DNA from: Lachnospiraceae bacterium
GTDB taxonomy: Bacteria > Bacillota > Clostridia > Lachnospirales > Lachnospiraceae
Assembly (NCBI GenBank): GCA_045114695.1
Contig: JBGUKX010000017.1
Location: 65,201-129,200 of the forward strand
DNA: 64,000 bases
Direction: 5' to 3'
Shown here: piece by piece, positions 20,633 to 29,306 of the stretch
Numbering within the stretch: the stretch's first letter is position 1
How the letters are laid out: every line of letters begins with the position of its first letter
Notes under the pieces: model-generated
Told to the model about the DNA's origin: nothing
The model's database searches: none
The model's input: the letters and a program-made list of their open reading frames with translations, nothing else
Position numbers and translations under genes: made by a program

Positions 20633-21580
20633 ATGAAGAAAAGATTACTGGCAGCTGCCGCGGCTCTGTTCCTGGCAGCAGGCACGCTTTCATCTCCCGC
20701 CGTCATTCTCACGCAGACCGTCTGCGCCGAAACCTCCGGGGAAGTCTACTACGTAAATGTGAGCGACTTCCTCTCCGTCCGCGCGGCCGCCACCTCTTCC
20801 TCCTCGGAGCTCTACAGGCTCTCGGACGGAACGAAGGTGATCGTAAAGGGCTGGTCCGGGAACTGGGCCTACGCCTACGTCCCGTCCGTCGACGACAGCG
20901 GCTACGTCTACGGAGGATATCTCGTCCGCGACGCCGGCACCGGCGGAACCGTCCGCTACGTCAACGTCAGCGATTTCCTCGCCCTGAGAACGCAGGCCAC
21001 CTCGTCCTCGGCCGAGATCCGCAGGCTCTCCAACGGCACGAAGCTCCTGGTCCAGAGCAGCGGAAGCAGCTGGTCCTATGTATACGTCCCGTCGACGGGT
21101 GAGTACGGCTACGTCTACAACGCCTACATCTCCGAAACGAATCCTCTGAACTACGACGGCGCGGTGTACTACGCCGACGTCAGCGATTTCCTCGCCCTGA
21201 GAAGGGGCCCGTCCACCTCCTATTCCGAGATCACCCGGCTGGATCCCTGGACCGAGGTCCGGCTCCTCGACACCACCGGTAACTGGGCCTACGTCTACGT
21301 CCCCTCCAAGGACGCCACCGGCTACGTCTACAAGGGCTATCTGTCGACCTCGTATCCCGATCCCGATGAGCAGGGGACGCTCTACTACGTCAACGTGCGC
21401 ACCTTCCTCTCCGTGAGATCCCAGCCCTCCTCCTCCTCGAAGGAGCTCCACCGCCTGTCGCGGGGCGTCAGGGTCAGGGTGCTGAGCACCACCGGAAGCT
21501 GGGGCTACGCCTACATTCCGGCGACGGAAGATTACGGCTATGTCTACATGGGCTACCTGTCCAGGACAAGACCCGTGTGA
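20633..21580 (+). CDS. Secreted protein with four SH3b-like domains, no catalytic domain
   Basis: Signal peptide; four copies of V..FL..R..(A/P)...S.E..RL..G...W.Y.Y[VI]P....GYVY..Y. Confidence 0.85.
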   Translation: MKKRLLAAAAALFLAAGTLSSPAVILTQTVCAETSGEVYYVNVSDFLSVRAAATSSSSELYRLSDGTKVIVKGWSGNWAYAYVPSVDDSGYVYGGYLVRDAGTGGTVRYVNVSDFLALRTQATSSSAEIRRLSNGTKLLVQSSGSSWSYVYVPSTGEYGYVYNAYISETNPLNYDGAVYYADVSDFLALRRGPSTSYSEITRLDPWTEVRLLDTTGNWAYVYVPSKDATGYVYKGYLSTSYPDPDEQGTLYYVNVRTFLSVRSQPSSSSKELHRLSRGVRVRVLSTTGSWGYAYIPATEDYGYVYMGYLSRTRPV

Positions 21581-21600
21581 CGGGACACGGACGCATCACA

Positions 21601-21642
21601 AACGGGCCGGACTTCGTAAGAAGCCCGGCCCGTTCTCCTTTT
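21601..21642. terminator. Intrinsic terminator between convergent genes
   Basis: AACGGGCCGG-ACTTCGTAAGAAGC-CCGGCCCGTT hairpin followed by CTCCTTTT. Confidence 0.7.
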
Positions 21643-21750
21643 GCTTTCGGCTCGCTCTTTCTATTGTCTCTTTCTGCTTTCTCTTTCGGACTTCGCGTCA
21701 CCGGGGGGGGAGCGGAACGCCTGTCCGCGGCCCCGTCACGGATCCTGCCC

Positions 21751-23919
21751 TTACTGATCCTGCCCCTGCCTGCCGTGATATTCCAGGCACAGCATGGTCA
21801 TGTCGTCGAACTGTTCCGCGCCGTTCACAAAGGTCTCCACGGCCCTGCGCACATGGTTCAGAATCTCCTCGGGAGAAGCCCCCGGGTCCTGATTGAGCGC
21901 TTCGACCATCTTCCCGGTGCCGAACATCCGCTTCTCCTCGTCGGAGGCCTCCGGTATGCCGTCCGTGTAGACGAACAGCTTGTCGCCCGGCTTCAGGTCA
22001 ATCTCATATTCCTTATATTTCACGCCCCGGATTCCGCCGATGACCATCCCGTGCTTGTCCTTCAGCAGCGAGAATGCTCCGTCCTTCATGACGGCGGGGT
22101 ATTCATGGCCCGCGTTGGCAGCCCTGATCTTTCCCGTGCTGATCTCGAGAATGCCGAACCACACCGTGACGAACATGTCCACCTGGTTGTTGACGCACAG
22201 GGACTCATTGGTGCTCTCGAGAATCTCCGGGACGCTCTTTCCGATCCGCGCGAGGTTCTCCAGGATGACCTTCGATTCCGTCATGAACAGCGCGGCCGGC
22301 ACGCCCTTTCCGCTGACGTCCGCGATGACAAGGCACAGGTGATCGTCGTCGATCAGGAAGAAATCGTAGAAATCTCCTCCGACCTCCCTGGCGGGATCCA
22401 TCGTGGCGTACAGATCAAATTCCTTCCGGTCCGGGAAGGGAGGAAAGACGCTGGGCAGCATGCTGTTCTGGATGCGGCTTCCCATCTGGAGCTCGGTGCT
22501 GACGCGCTCCTTTTCCCTGGTGATCTCCGTGAGATCCGCGATGTACTGTCTCGTCTTCTCCGACAGGTCGCTGAACGACTCCGCCAGAACCTCGATCTCG
22601 TCGTCGGTCCTGTAGGAATCCTTCATCTCAAAGGGTTCCCCCGTCTGCTTTCTCTGCTGGATATTTTCGGTCATCTCCACGATCGGCATGATGACCTTCT
22701 GGGATCCCTCAAGAACCGCCTGGGAGCCGATGATGGAAATCATCACGATGACGATCACACAGATCAGCAGAATCTGCGCCGTACCGTCGTTGACTTTTTT
22801 CTGAATCCGGGCGTTGATCTCGTCATAGTCCGCCAGCAGGGCCTTCTCCGGAATCTCCGTCACCTCCCGGTCGACCACGGCGATCATCGCCCAGCCGATC
22901 GACGGCATCGGAGAGCCGACCATGTAGCAGTCTCTGTCGTCGATAATGAACTCCGTCAGATCCGTCTCTTCCGCCAGCGTTCTTTCCACGAACCGGTTCA
23001 GTTCTTCGACATCGGTGTTCAGCAGATAGAACTCGGTGTCCCCTTCCGGGACGAGATTGAGTTCCGGGTTTCCCGAACAGAAAATGACACGCCCCTCTTC
23101 ATTGACGACCAGCAGCGCCGCCTCGTCGTCGCCGAACGAGCTGATATTGCTCAGGCTGTCCAGCACGAAATCCACGCCCGCGACGCCGATGACCTCGCCG
23201 TTCACCTTCACCGGAACCGAGCACGTAATTCCCTGCTCCCCGGTGAACGCGTCTTCGACGATGCCGGTAAAATAGAATCCTCCCTCCTCGATGGCTCCCC
23301 TGTACCAGGGCCTGTCCCGCACGGGAAACGGAATCAGCTCCCCGTTCTCGTCGTATTTCATGGAAGGAGTCCTGTCGACACCGTAATGGGTGCCGTCCTC
23401 GAAACCGAAGTAGCAGGCGCTGATCTTGTCGGAGTTGGTGACCATCGCGATCATCGACTCCTTCAGGTTCGCGATGACGCCGAGATATTCGGAGTTCTCG
23501 TAGTCGACGCCCTCCTCGAAGAGAACCATGGCCGACCACTCGCCGTCCTTTTCCGGATCCGGCAGACTGTACTCCGCCGGCGTGACCTTCCGGTTGCTCT
23601 CGAAGAGGTTCTGAGCCATATTCCGGAGAATGGAGGCATAGTGCCTGAGGTCGGTAAAATCACCGTCTGCGATATCCGCCTGGAGATAGGTCGTGCGCAC
23701 CAGCGAATCGATCATCAAAAGGGACATGGTCTCCTCCGAGACCCTTTTGACCGACTCGTGCTGTTCCTGCTCCGCCTCTCCGCCCACGCGTTTGTACATC
23801 CAGTTCTGGGCGCCGATCAGGCCGAAAAAGATAATAAACGTCACGAAAAGAACCCTCAGCACAAGTCTGAGCATCTTATTCTGCAGGCTGCCGGTTTTTT
23901 TCTCCGGTTTCTTTTTCAA
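21751..23919 (-). CDS. Membrane PP2C/SpoIIE-family phosphatase with Cache-like sensor and HAMP domain
   Basis: Two TM segments, RDRPWY Cache motif, HAMP (DEIEVLAESF), EVGGDFYD, ADVSGKG, NAGH, YTDG and FDDMT motifs; TTG start. Confidence 0.9.
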   Translation of the reverse strand: MKKKPEKKTGSLQNKMLRLVLRVLFVTFIIFFGLIGAQNWMYKRVGGEAEQEQHESVKRVSEETMSLLMIDSLVRTTYLQADIADGDFTDLRHYASILRNMAQNLFESNRKVTPAEYSLPDPEKDGEWSAMVLFEEGVDYENSEYLGVIANLKESMIAMVTNSDKISACYFGFEDGTHYGVDRTPSMKYDENGELIPFPVRDRPWYRGAIEEGGFYFTGIVEDAFTGEQGITCSVPVKVNGEVIGVAGVDFVLDSLSNISSFGDDEAALLVVNEEGRVIFCSGNPELNLVPEGDTEFYLLNTDVEELNRFVERTLAEETDLTEFIIDDRDCYMVGSPMPSIGWAMIAVVDREVTEIPEKALLADYDEINARIQKKVNDGTAQILLICVIVIVMISIIGSQAVLEGSQKVIMPIVEMTENIQQRKQTGEPFEMKDSYRTDDEIEVLAESFSDLSEKTRQYIADLTEITREKERVSTELQMGSRIQNSMLPSVFPPFPDRKEFDLYATMDPAREVGGDFYDFFLIDDDHLCLVIADVSGKGVPAALFMTESKVILENLARIGKSVPEILESTNESLCVNNQVDMFVTVWFGILEISTGKIRAANAGHEYPAVMKDGAFSLLKDKHGMVIGGIRGVKYKEYEIDLKPGDKLFVYTDGIPEASDEEKRMFGTGKMVEALNQDPGASPEEILNHVRRAVETFVNGAEQFDDMTMLCLEYHGRQGQDQ

Positions 23920-24057
23920 ACCTGTTTCTCCCCTTCCGCCTTTTCTCGCCGGGCAGTCCCTCCGCTGTTCGTCCGCGTCCGGTATTTTTCGTCAATACAG
24001 CTGCCGCACCATCCGCTGCGGCAGCCCTGTATCACTGCGTCACTGTCTTTTCTGTCT

Positions 24058-25662
24058 TCACTGCTGTTCCAGCTTGGCGGCAATTTCATCGAGAAGGGCG
24101 CCGATCGGCTCCGCCGCCCCGTCTTCGCTGTCCATCAGGGTCTTCACGCTGTCCAGGAGGGCTTTCACCTCCGGGCGGTTCCCGCCGAGCTGGGCGGCCG
24201 CGTTCTCGATCAGGGACGCGATGGCGCCGCGGTTGCTCTCGTAGTCCGCGTCGAGAAGTGTCCTGGCGCTGGAGATGAGGGCGCTGACCGCGCTCATATC
24301 CGGCTCAGAGACCTCCTCCGACGCCTCCGCGACGCTCTCGGCGCCGTCCGCGGCCGCTTCCTCAGCGGGCGCCGCGCCGGAGCCGGTGTCATAGGAGACG
24401 GAGAAGACGGCGGACTCGTCATAATTCACGTCCGCCAGGATCAGGAGTCCGTCGCCGGAGACCGAGATCGACGTGTACTCCGCGGGAAGAACCTCCTCGC
24501 CGTGCCAGTCGATGACGCCGTACCGGTCATCCTCGCCGGTGAATCGGTAGATCAGTCCGTTGGTGTAGTTCAGCGAGTCGACGTCGCTGTGGGTCCCGTC
24601 GAGCACCGTGTCCTTGCCGTCCGCCGCGAGGATGTGGATGTTGCCCTCGAGATCCTTAAGAAGGGCCGAGGCGCCGTTGACCTCCAGAAGATCCTTGGAA
24701 TACTTCGGCTCCAAGGTGACGTTTCCTTCAAGATCCGTGAAGCCGACCTTTTCGTCCTTCACCACGGCGGCGTAGCCGGCGGCCGTCAGCGCGTTTCCTT
24801 CGCCGGTGACCGGGCCGCTGTAGTTGTTGATGATGTCGTCATATTCCGTGGGAACAAGGACGTTGCCGGAAAGATCGATCAGACCTTTCTTTCCGTCTCT
24901 TTCCACCTTGGCCACGCCGCCCCGGATGTAGTCGATGTAGCCGTAGGCGGGTTCGACGACGACGTTGCCCTCGGCGTCCTGGATGCCGTACAGATCGTTT
25001 CCGCGGAAAGAAGTATAGGGCTCCGTCTGAATGTCCCCGTCGTCATAGACGGTGTTGAGGTTCTCGGCCGCGACGCCGAAGGAACCGTCGTACATGGTCA
25101 CCGTGCCGTCGGTGCGGTTCTGGATCTTGATATAGTCTCCCGACACGCTGCTGTCCTGGTAGTTATCCCTCGTGAAGGACTGGGATCCCGTCACCTGTCC
25201 GTCCGCGAGATGATATACGTCGACGGTATCAATAAGATAATAGCTCTCGCCGATCCAGGATTCATAGTCATAGTTGTTGGCGTCCGCCTCGCTCAGCTTT
25301 ACACCGAGGATCCAGTTTTCATTGAGGATCTTGATGTCGCCGTAGGTGAAATCGATCAGGGATTCGCCGTCGAGATTCACCGCGCCCATGGTGTTGACGC
25401 CGTCCTCGGTGCTCCGGACCGCGACGTAGCCGCTGCGGTAATCAAAGGAGGATCCGAAGAGCGTGTCGGTCAGCACCGTCCCGTCCGAGGAAGCCATGCG
25501 GTAGAACCCGGTCTCGGGATCCCTGACTCTCAGCAGGTTTGTGTCGCTGATCCATCTCGCGTCGGCGACCGTACCGGTCTGCGTGACGGTCGTGTCAGCC
25601 GCCGCGCCGGCTGTCATTGCCAGTGAAATCACTGCAGCAGTGAGGAATAATCCCTTTTTCAT
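24058..25662 (-). CDS. Secreted WG-repeat (beta-propeller-like) protein
   Basis: Signal peptide; repeated YG.ID..G..V[LV]P.EY units. Confidence 0.75.
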   Translation of the reverse strand: MKKGLFLTAAVISLAMTAGAAADTTVTQTGTVADARWISDTNLLRVRDPETGFYRMASSDGTVLTDTLFGSSFDYRSGYVAVRSTEDGVNTMGAVNLDGESLIDFTYGDIKILNENWILGVKLSEADANNYDYESWIGESYYLIDTVDVYHLADGQVTGSQSFTRDNYQDSSVSGDYIKIQNRTDGTVTMYDGSFGVAAENLNTVYDDGDIQTEPYTSFRGNDLYGIQDAEGNVVVEPAYGYIDYIRGGVAKVERDGKKGLIDLSGNVLVPTEYDDIINNYSGPVTGEGNALTAAGYAAVVKDEKVGFTDLEGNVTLEPKYSKDLLEVNGASALLKDLEGNIHILAADGKDTVLDGTHSDVDSLNYTNGLIYRFTGEDDRYGVIDWHGEEVLPAEYTSISVSGDGLLILADVNYDESAVFSVSYDTGSGAAPAEEAAADGAESVAEASEEVSEPDMSAVSALISSARTLLDADYESNRGAIASLIENAAAQLGGNRPEVKALLDSVKTLMDSEDGAAEPIGALLDEIAAKLEQQ

Positions 25663-25977
25663 CGTATTAATTACCTCCCGTTTTCAATGAAGTCTGTTGA
25701 GTATCCGGCCGTCTGGGCCTCCCTCCGCGGCGCCGTCCCTTCCCTGAAACGGCCGGGGCGCGGTCCGCGGTGAAATATACTGTATTATACCATATTTATA
25801 ATAAGATGTCTCAATGCGATCAGAATCCCCGGCAGGCCAAAAAACCGGCCCCCGGCATGTCTGCCGGCGGCCGGTTTCTGATTCTCCGGTAACGCGGATA
25901 TGGCGGATATTCTGATTCCGTCCCCCTGCATGCTCACGTAACGCGGCGTGATCCGCAGGCACTTTCCGAAGGCCGCG

Positions 25978-26442
25978 TCAGCCTTCGATGGCGATCGTCT
26001 TCTTCTCCTCGACCGCTCTCTGAGTCTTCTTCGGGACGAAGAGCTTCAGCACGCCGTCCTCGAACTTCGCCCTGACGTCGTCTTCCTTCACGTGCTCGCC
26101 GACGTAGAAGCTCCGCTTCATACTGCCGCTGTAGCGCTCCTGGCGGATCACTCTGCCCGTCTTCTGATCCTTGTCGTCCTGATTCAGATTTTTGGACGCG
26201 CTGATCGTGAGGCATCCGTTCTCGAGACGGAGCTGAAGGTCTTCCTTTTTGAAGCCCGGAAGATCGATGTCGATCTCATACTGATCGTCGTGCTCCCTGA
26301 CGTCCGTCTTCATCAGCCTCTCCGGGTGTCTCCCGTAGAGCTTCCTGTCCGTCTGGTGATTCATGCGGTCAAACATCTGGTCAAAGCCGTCAAACCAGTC
26401 ATCCATCAGATTTTCTCCAAAAATACCCGGTGTGTACAACAT
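25978..26442 (-). CDS. Hsp20/alpha-crystallin small heat-shock protein
   Basis: MKTDVRE, IDLPGFKKEDL, ERYSGSMKRSF and AKFEDGVLKL motifs. Confidence 0.95.
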   Translation of the reverse strand: MLYTPGIFGENLMDDWFDGFDQMFDRMNHQTDRKLYGRHPERLMKTDVREHDDQYEIDIDLPGFKKEDLQLRLENGCLTISASKNLNQDDKDQKTGRVIRQERYSGSMKRSFYVGEHVKEDDVRAKFEDGVLKLFVPKKTQRAVEEKKTIAIEG

Positions 26443-26665
26443 ACTTCCTGCCTCCTTTCGGAATAAAGATTCCGCATGTGATTTGCTGTTTCCGGATGCG
26501 ACATATGTAACCCTCCTGCTTACCTGTTCGGGAACATACTTCCGCTCCTTTTATCTTCGGTTCAGGATGTTGTTCTGAACTGTCGGTCTGTGCCGTCTGC
26601 CGGAGGGCTTTCCCGGGGCGGTCCCTTTTCATTCGCCGCGCCCTCTTTTTCCTTCCGGCAAGTAT

Positions 26666-26707
26666 GTTATAGCACCCTTGTTAGCACTCGTCAAGCGAGA
26701 GTGCTAA
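26666..26707 (-). promoter_or_regulatory. Perfect CIRCE (HrcA operator) overlapping the sigma-A promoter of hsp20
   Basis: TTAGCACTC-N9-GAGTGCTAA at 26681-26707; on the minus strand TTGACG (26694-26689)-N17-TATAAC (26671-26666). Confidence 0.95.
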
Positions 26708-26888
26708 CATTTTTATGAACTTTTCGTTTCTTCACGGCGGATGCGGGGCTTCGCGCACGGGCTTTTGCCCGTTCCGCAAATTTGGGTGACGCATCCGGTA
26801 AAAACTCTGTATAATAGGATATAGCGGACCGGACGGTCCGCGGAATGAATCCGAGCACACATTAACGAGATTCAACGGAGGTGTAACA

Positions 26889-29162
26889 ATGAGAAAGTTC
26901 AAAGGCAGCATCAGGAAGCTGATCGGCGCGGCGGTCGCCGCCGGAATGGTCATCACCGCGGCAGCGCCTGTGCCCGTCATGGCGGATAATGAGAGGGTCG
27001 TAACGATCGGCGCGGATCTGAGCGAGGAGCGCGTCAACGCCATTCTGAAGTACTTCGGCATCCAGGGAAAGGACGTCCGGACGATCTACGTCACGAACCA
27101 GGATGAGTACGATCTTCTCAGCTCCTATATTTCCCCGGCCGAGATCGGGACCCACGCGCTCAGCTGCGCCTATATCCAGCCGACTTCCAAGGGCGGCATC
27201 CACGTGAAGACCGCCAATCTGACGTTTGTCACGTCCAATATGATCGCGTCCGCGCTCTCCACTTCGGGCGTGAAGAACTGCAACGTCATCGCGGCGTGCC
27301 CGATTCCGGTCTCCGGAACCGGCGCCCTGACAGGCGTCCTCAAGGCCTACGAGTCCTCCATGGGCGCGGCGCTGACCGACAGCAGGAAGCAGGCGGCCGC
27401 GCAGGAGATCGTGACGACCGGCCAGCTCGCCGACACCATCGGCCAGGCGGAGGCAACCAAGATCGTCAATGACATCAAGATCAAGATCATTGAAAACGAA
27501 GTATCCGCCGACGACGAGGACATGATCCACCAGATCGTGGAGGAGGTCGTCGCGGACGTCCTGGCGAACACGGTCGTCGGGGAGGAGCTCGAGTCCGGCA
27601 CCTTCTCGGACGATGAGATGGTCAGCCTCGACGCTCTCGCGGAAGTCATCGCGGAGCAGGAATACGACTACGAAGACGTCAGAGATACTCTTGAGCTGGT
27701 GGACCAGAACGTACAGGCCCAGCTCGGAACGCTCGAGGACGACATGGAGACCTACGAGGATGAGGAAGAAACCGTGGAGGCCGACAGCGTGACGGCGGAG
27801 GCCGAGGCTGAGGTGGAGCTCGCGGGCGACAACATCCTGATGGGCACGGACGACACCGCTCTCGGCACGGACGTCGTCATTGACGCCACCGACGAGGAGG
27901 CGCTGGCGGACGTCATCACCGAAGACGGAGAAGAATTTGCCTTCGGAGAAGAGACGGGCAGCGAGGATCCGTTTGAGATCGTGACGGAAAATACCGATGA
28001 GTTCGACGAGGACGGCCAGGCGGCCGGCGGCGGAGAATTCACCGAAGACGGAACCGATGAGTTCGACGGGGGAACCGAAGACGAGTTTACCGGTGAGGTC
28101 GGCGATGAGACCGCCGGAGCGGACGACGAGGGCGTCGACGAAACCGGCGCTGGCGGCGAGGCCGGATTCGATGAGTTCGGTGAGGTCATCGACGAGAACA
28201 GCGCCGGCGGCGAGGCCGGATTCGATGAGTTCGGTGAAGTCATCAACGAGAACGGCACCGGCGATGAGGCCGGCGACGCCGTCGACGAGAACGGCGCCGG
28301 CGACGAGGCCGGATTCGATGAGTTCGGTGAAGTCATCGACGAGAACGGCACCGGCGATGAGGCCGGCGACGCCGTCGACGAGAACGGTGCCGTGGAATTC
28401 GGCGAGGAGCTCGCCGGAGCGGACGACGGATTCGAAGAAACCGCCGACGAGACGGGCGCCGACGAATTCGGCGAGGATGCCGCGGAAGGCGATGCGGCGG
28501 CCGAGGAAGAAGGAGCCGGGGAAGAAGCGGCGGCAGCCGTCGAGGCGACCTTCGCTCCGCAGGGAGACACGCCGTCCTTCGGTGCTTTCTCCATGAAGCT
28601 CTACGTAAACGGCGACTATGTCCCCGCGTCCGGCACGCTCTCCGTCAAGGGCAGCGACGGCTCAGAGGCGGCCTCCATCGACCTGTCGTCCTCCTCTGCC
28701 TGGGTAGCAAGAAGCGCGGGCGACGCCGGCGTGACGGTTCCCGGCTGGGACAGCGCCAACGAGATTCAGATCTTCACAAACGGCTTCGGCCTCTGGGATG
28801 ACCTGTTCACGGTATCCGGCGACATCACGTTCGCGTCGAAGGAAGACGGAACCGAAACCGCTCCCGTGCATGTGGAATCCGACTTCTACTACGACGTGAC
28901 CGGACTTAAGGTCGTCGGGGACGGCGGATTCAAAGCGGGCACCACCGCTTCCGTGAGCGTGACGCTTCCGGAGGGAGCGGCCAGCGCCGAAGTCTACGCC
29001 GACGAGAGCGGCGCCGTCCGGATCGAGGACGGCTACGCGGACGGCGAGACCCCCGTCCAGGTCAGCCTTGAAAACAAGGGCGCTGCCAGGATCACGGCGG
29101 AATACCTCGACGAGAACGGCGAGTTCGTCGACGAGGACACCCTCACGATCACGGTCTTCTGA
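26889..29162 (+). CDS. Secreted DUF1002-like protein with a long acidic repeat region and an unknown C-terminal domain
   Basis: VVTIGADLS, VTNQDE, ALSTSGV...ACPIPVSGTGALTGV motifs, then Asp/Glu-rich repeats. Confidence 0.8.
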   Translation: MRKFKGSIRKLIGAAVAAGMVITAAAPVPVMADNERVVTIGADLSEERVNAILKYFGIQGKDVRTIYVTNQDEYDLLSSYISPAEIGTHALSCAYIQPTSKGGIHVKTANLTFVTSNMIASALSTSGVKNCNVIAACPIPVSGTGALTGVLKAYESSMGAALTDSRKQAAAQEIVTTGQLADTIGQAEATKIVNDIKIKIIENEVSADDEDMIHQIVEEVVADVLANTVVGEELESGTFSDDEMVSLDALAEVIAEQEYDYEDVRDTLELVDQNVQAQLGTLEDDMETYEDEEETVEADSVTAEAEAEVELAGDNILMGTDDTALGTDVVIDATDEEALADVITEDGEEFAFGEETGSEDPFEIVTENTDEFDEDGQAAGGGEFTEDGTDEFDGGTEDEFTGEVGDETAGADDEGVDETGAGGEAGFDEFGEVIDENSAGGEAGFDEFGEVINENGTGDEAGDAVDENGAGDEAGFDEFGEVIDENGTGDEAGDAVDENGAVEFGEELAGADDGFEETADETGADEFGEDAAEGDAAAEEEGAGEEAAAAVEATFAPQGDTPSFGAFSMKLYVNGDYVPASGTLSVKGSDGSEAASIDLSSSSAWVARSAGDAGVTVPGWDSANEIQIFTNGFGLWDDLFTVSGDITFASKEDGTETAPVHVESDFYYDVTGLKVVGDGGFKAGTTASVSVTLPEGAASAEVYADESGAVRIEDGYADGETPVQVSLENKGAARITAEYLDENGEFVDEDTLTITVF
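28146..28385 (+). repeat. In-frame coding repeats: 54-bp and 39-bp units, with a 93-bp super-unit present twice
   Basis: GAGGEAGFDEFGEVIDEN-type and GTGDEAGDAVDEN-type units starting at 28146, 28200, 28254, 28293 and 28347. Confidence 0.9.
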
Positions 29163-29190
29163 GAATGGAAGTAATACCGCAATGGATATA

Positions 29191-29226
29191 AAAATGCCGC
29201 GGCCGGTTTACCGGCCGCGGCATTTT
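29191..29226. terminator. Bidirectional intrinsic terminator
   Basis: AAAATGCCGCGGCCGG-TTTA-CCGGCCGCGGCATTTT between convergent genes. Confidence 0.85.
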
Positions 29227-29306
29227 CTTGTCTCTTGTCTCTTCCCGCGGGTTACAGGGCAAAAAGCGTTGGTCTCCCATTCCATCCTTCCCGCGCGGCG
29301 GGGCGG

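Noticed and set aside
21577-25626. 1349-aa plus-strand ORF
   Set aside because: Antisense shadow of the PP2C and WG-repeat genes; no motifs; long stop-free antisense frames are expected at this GC content.
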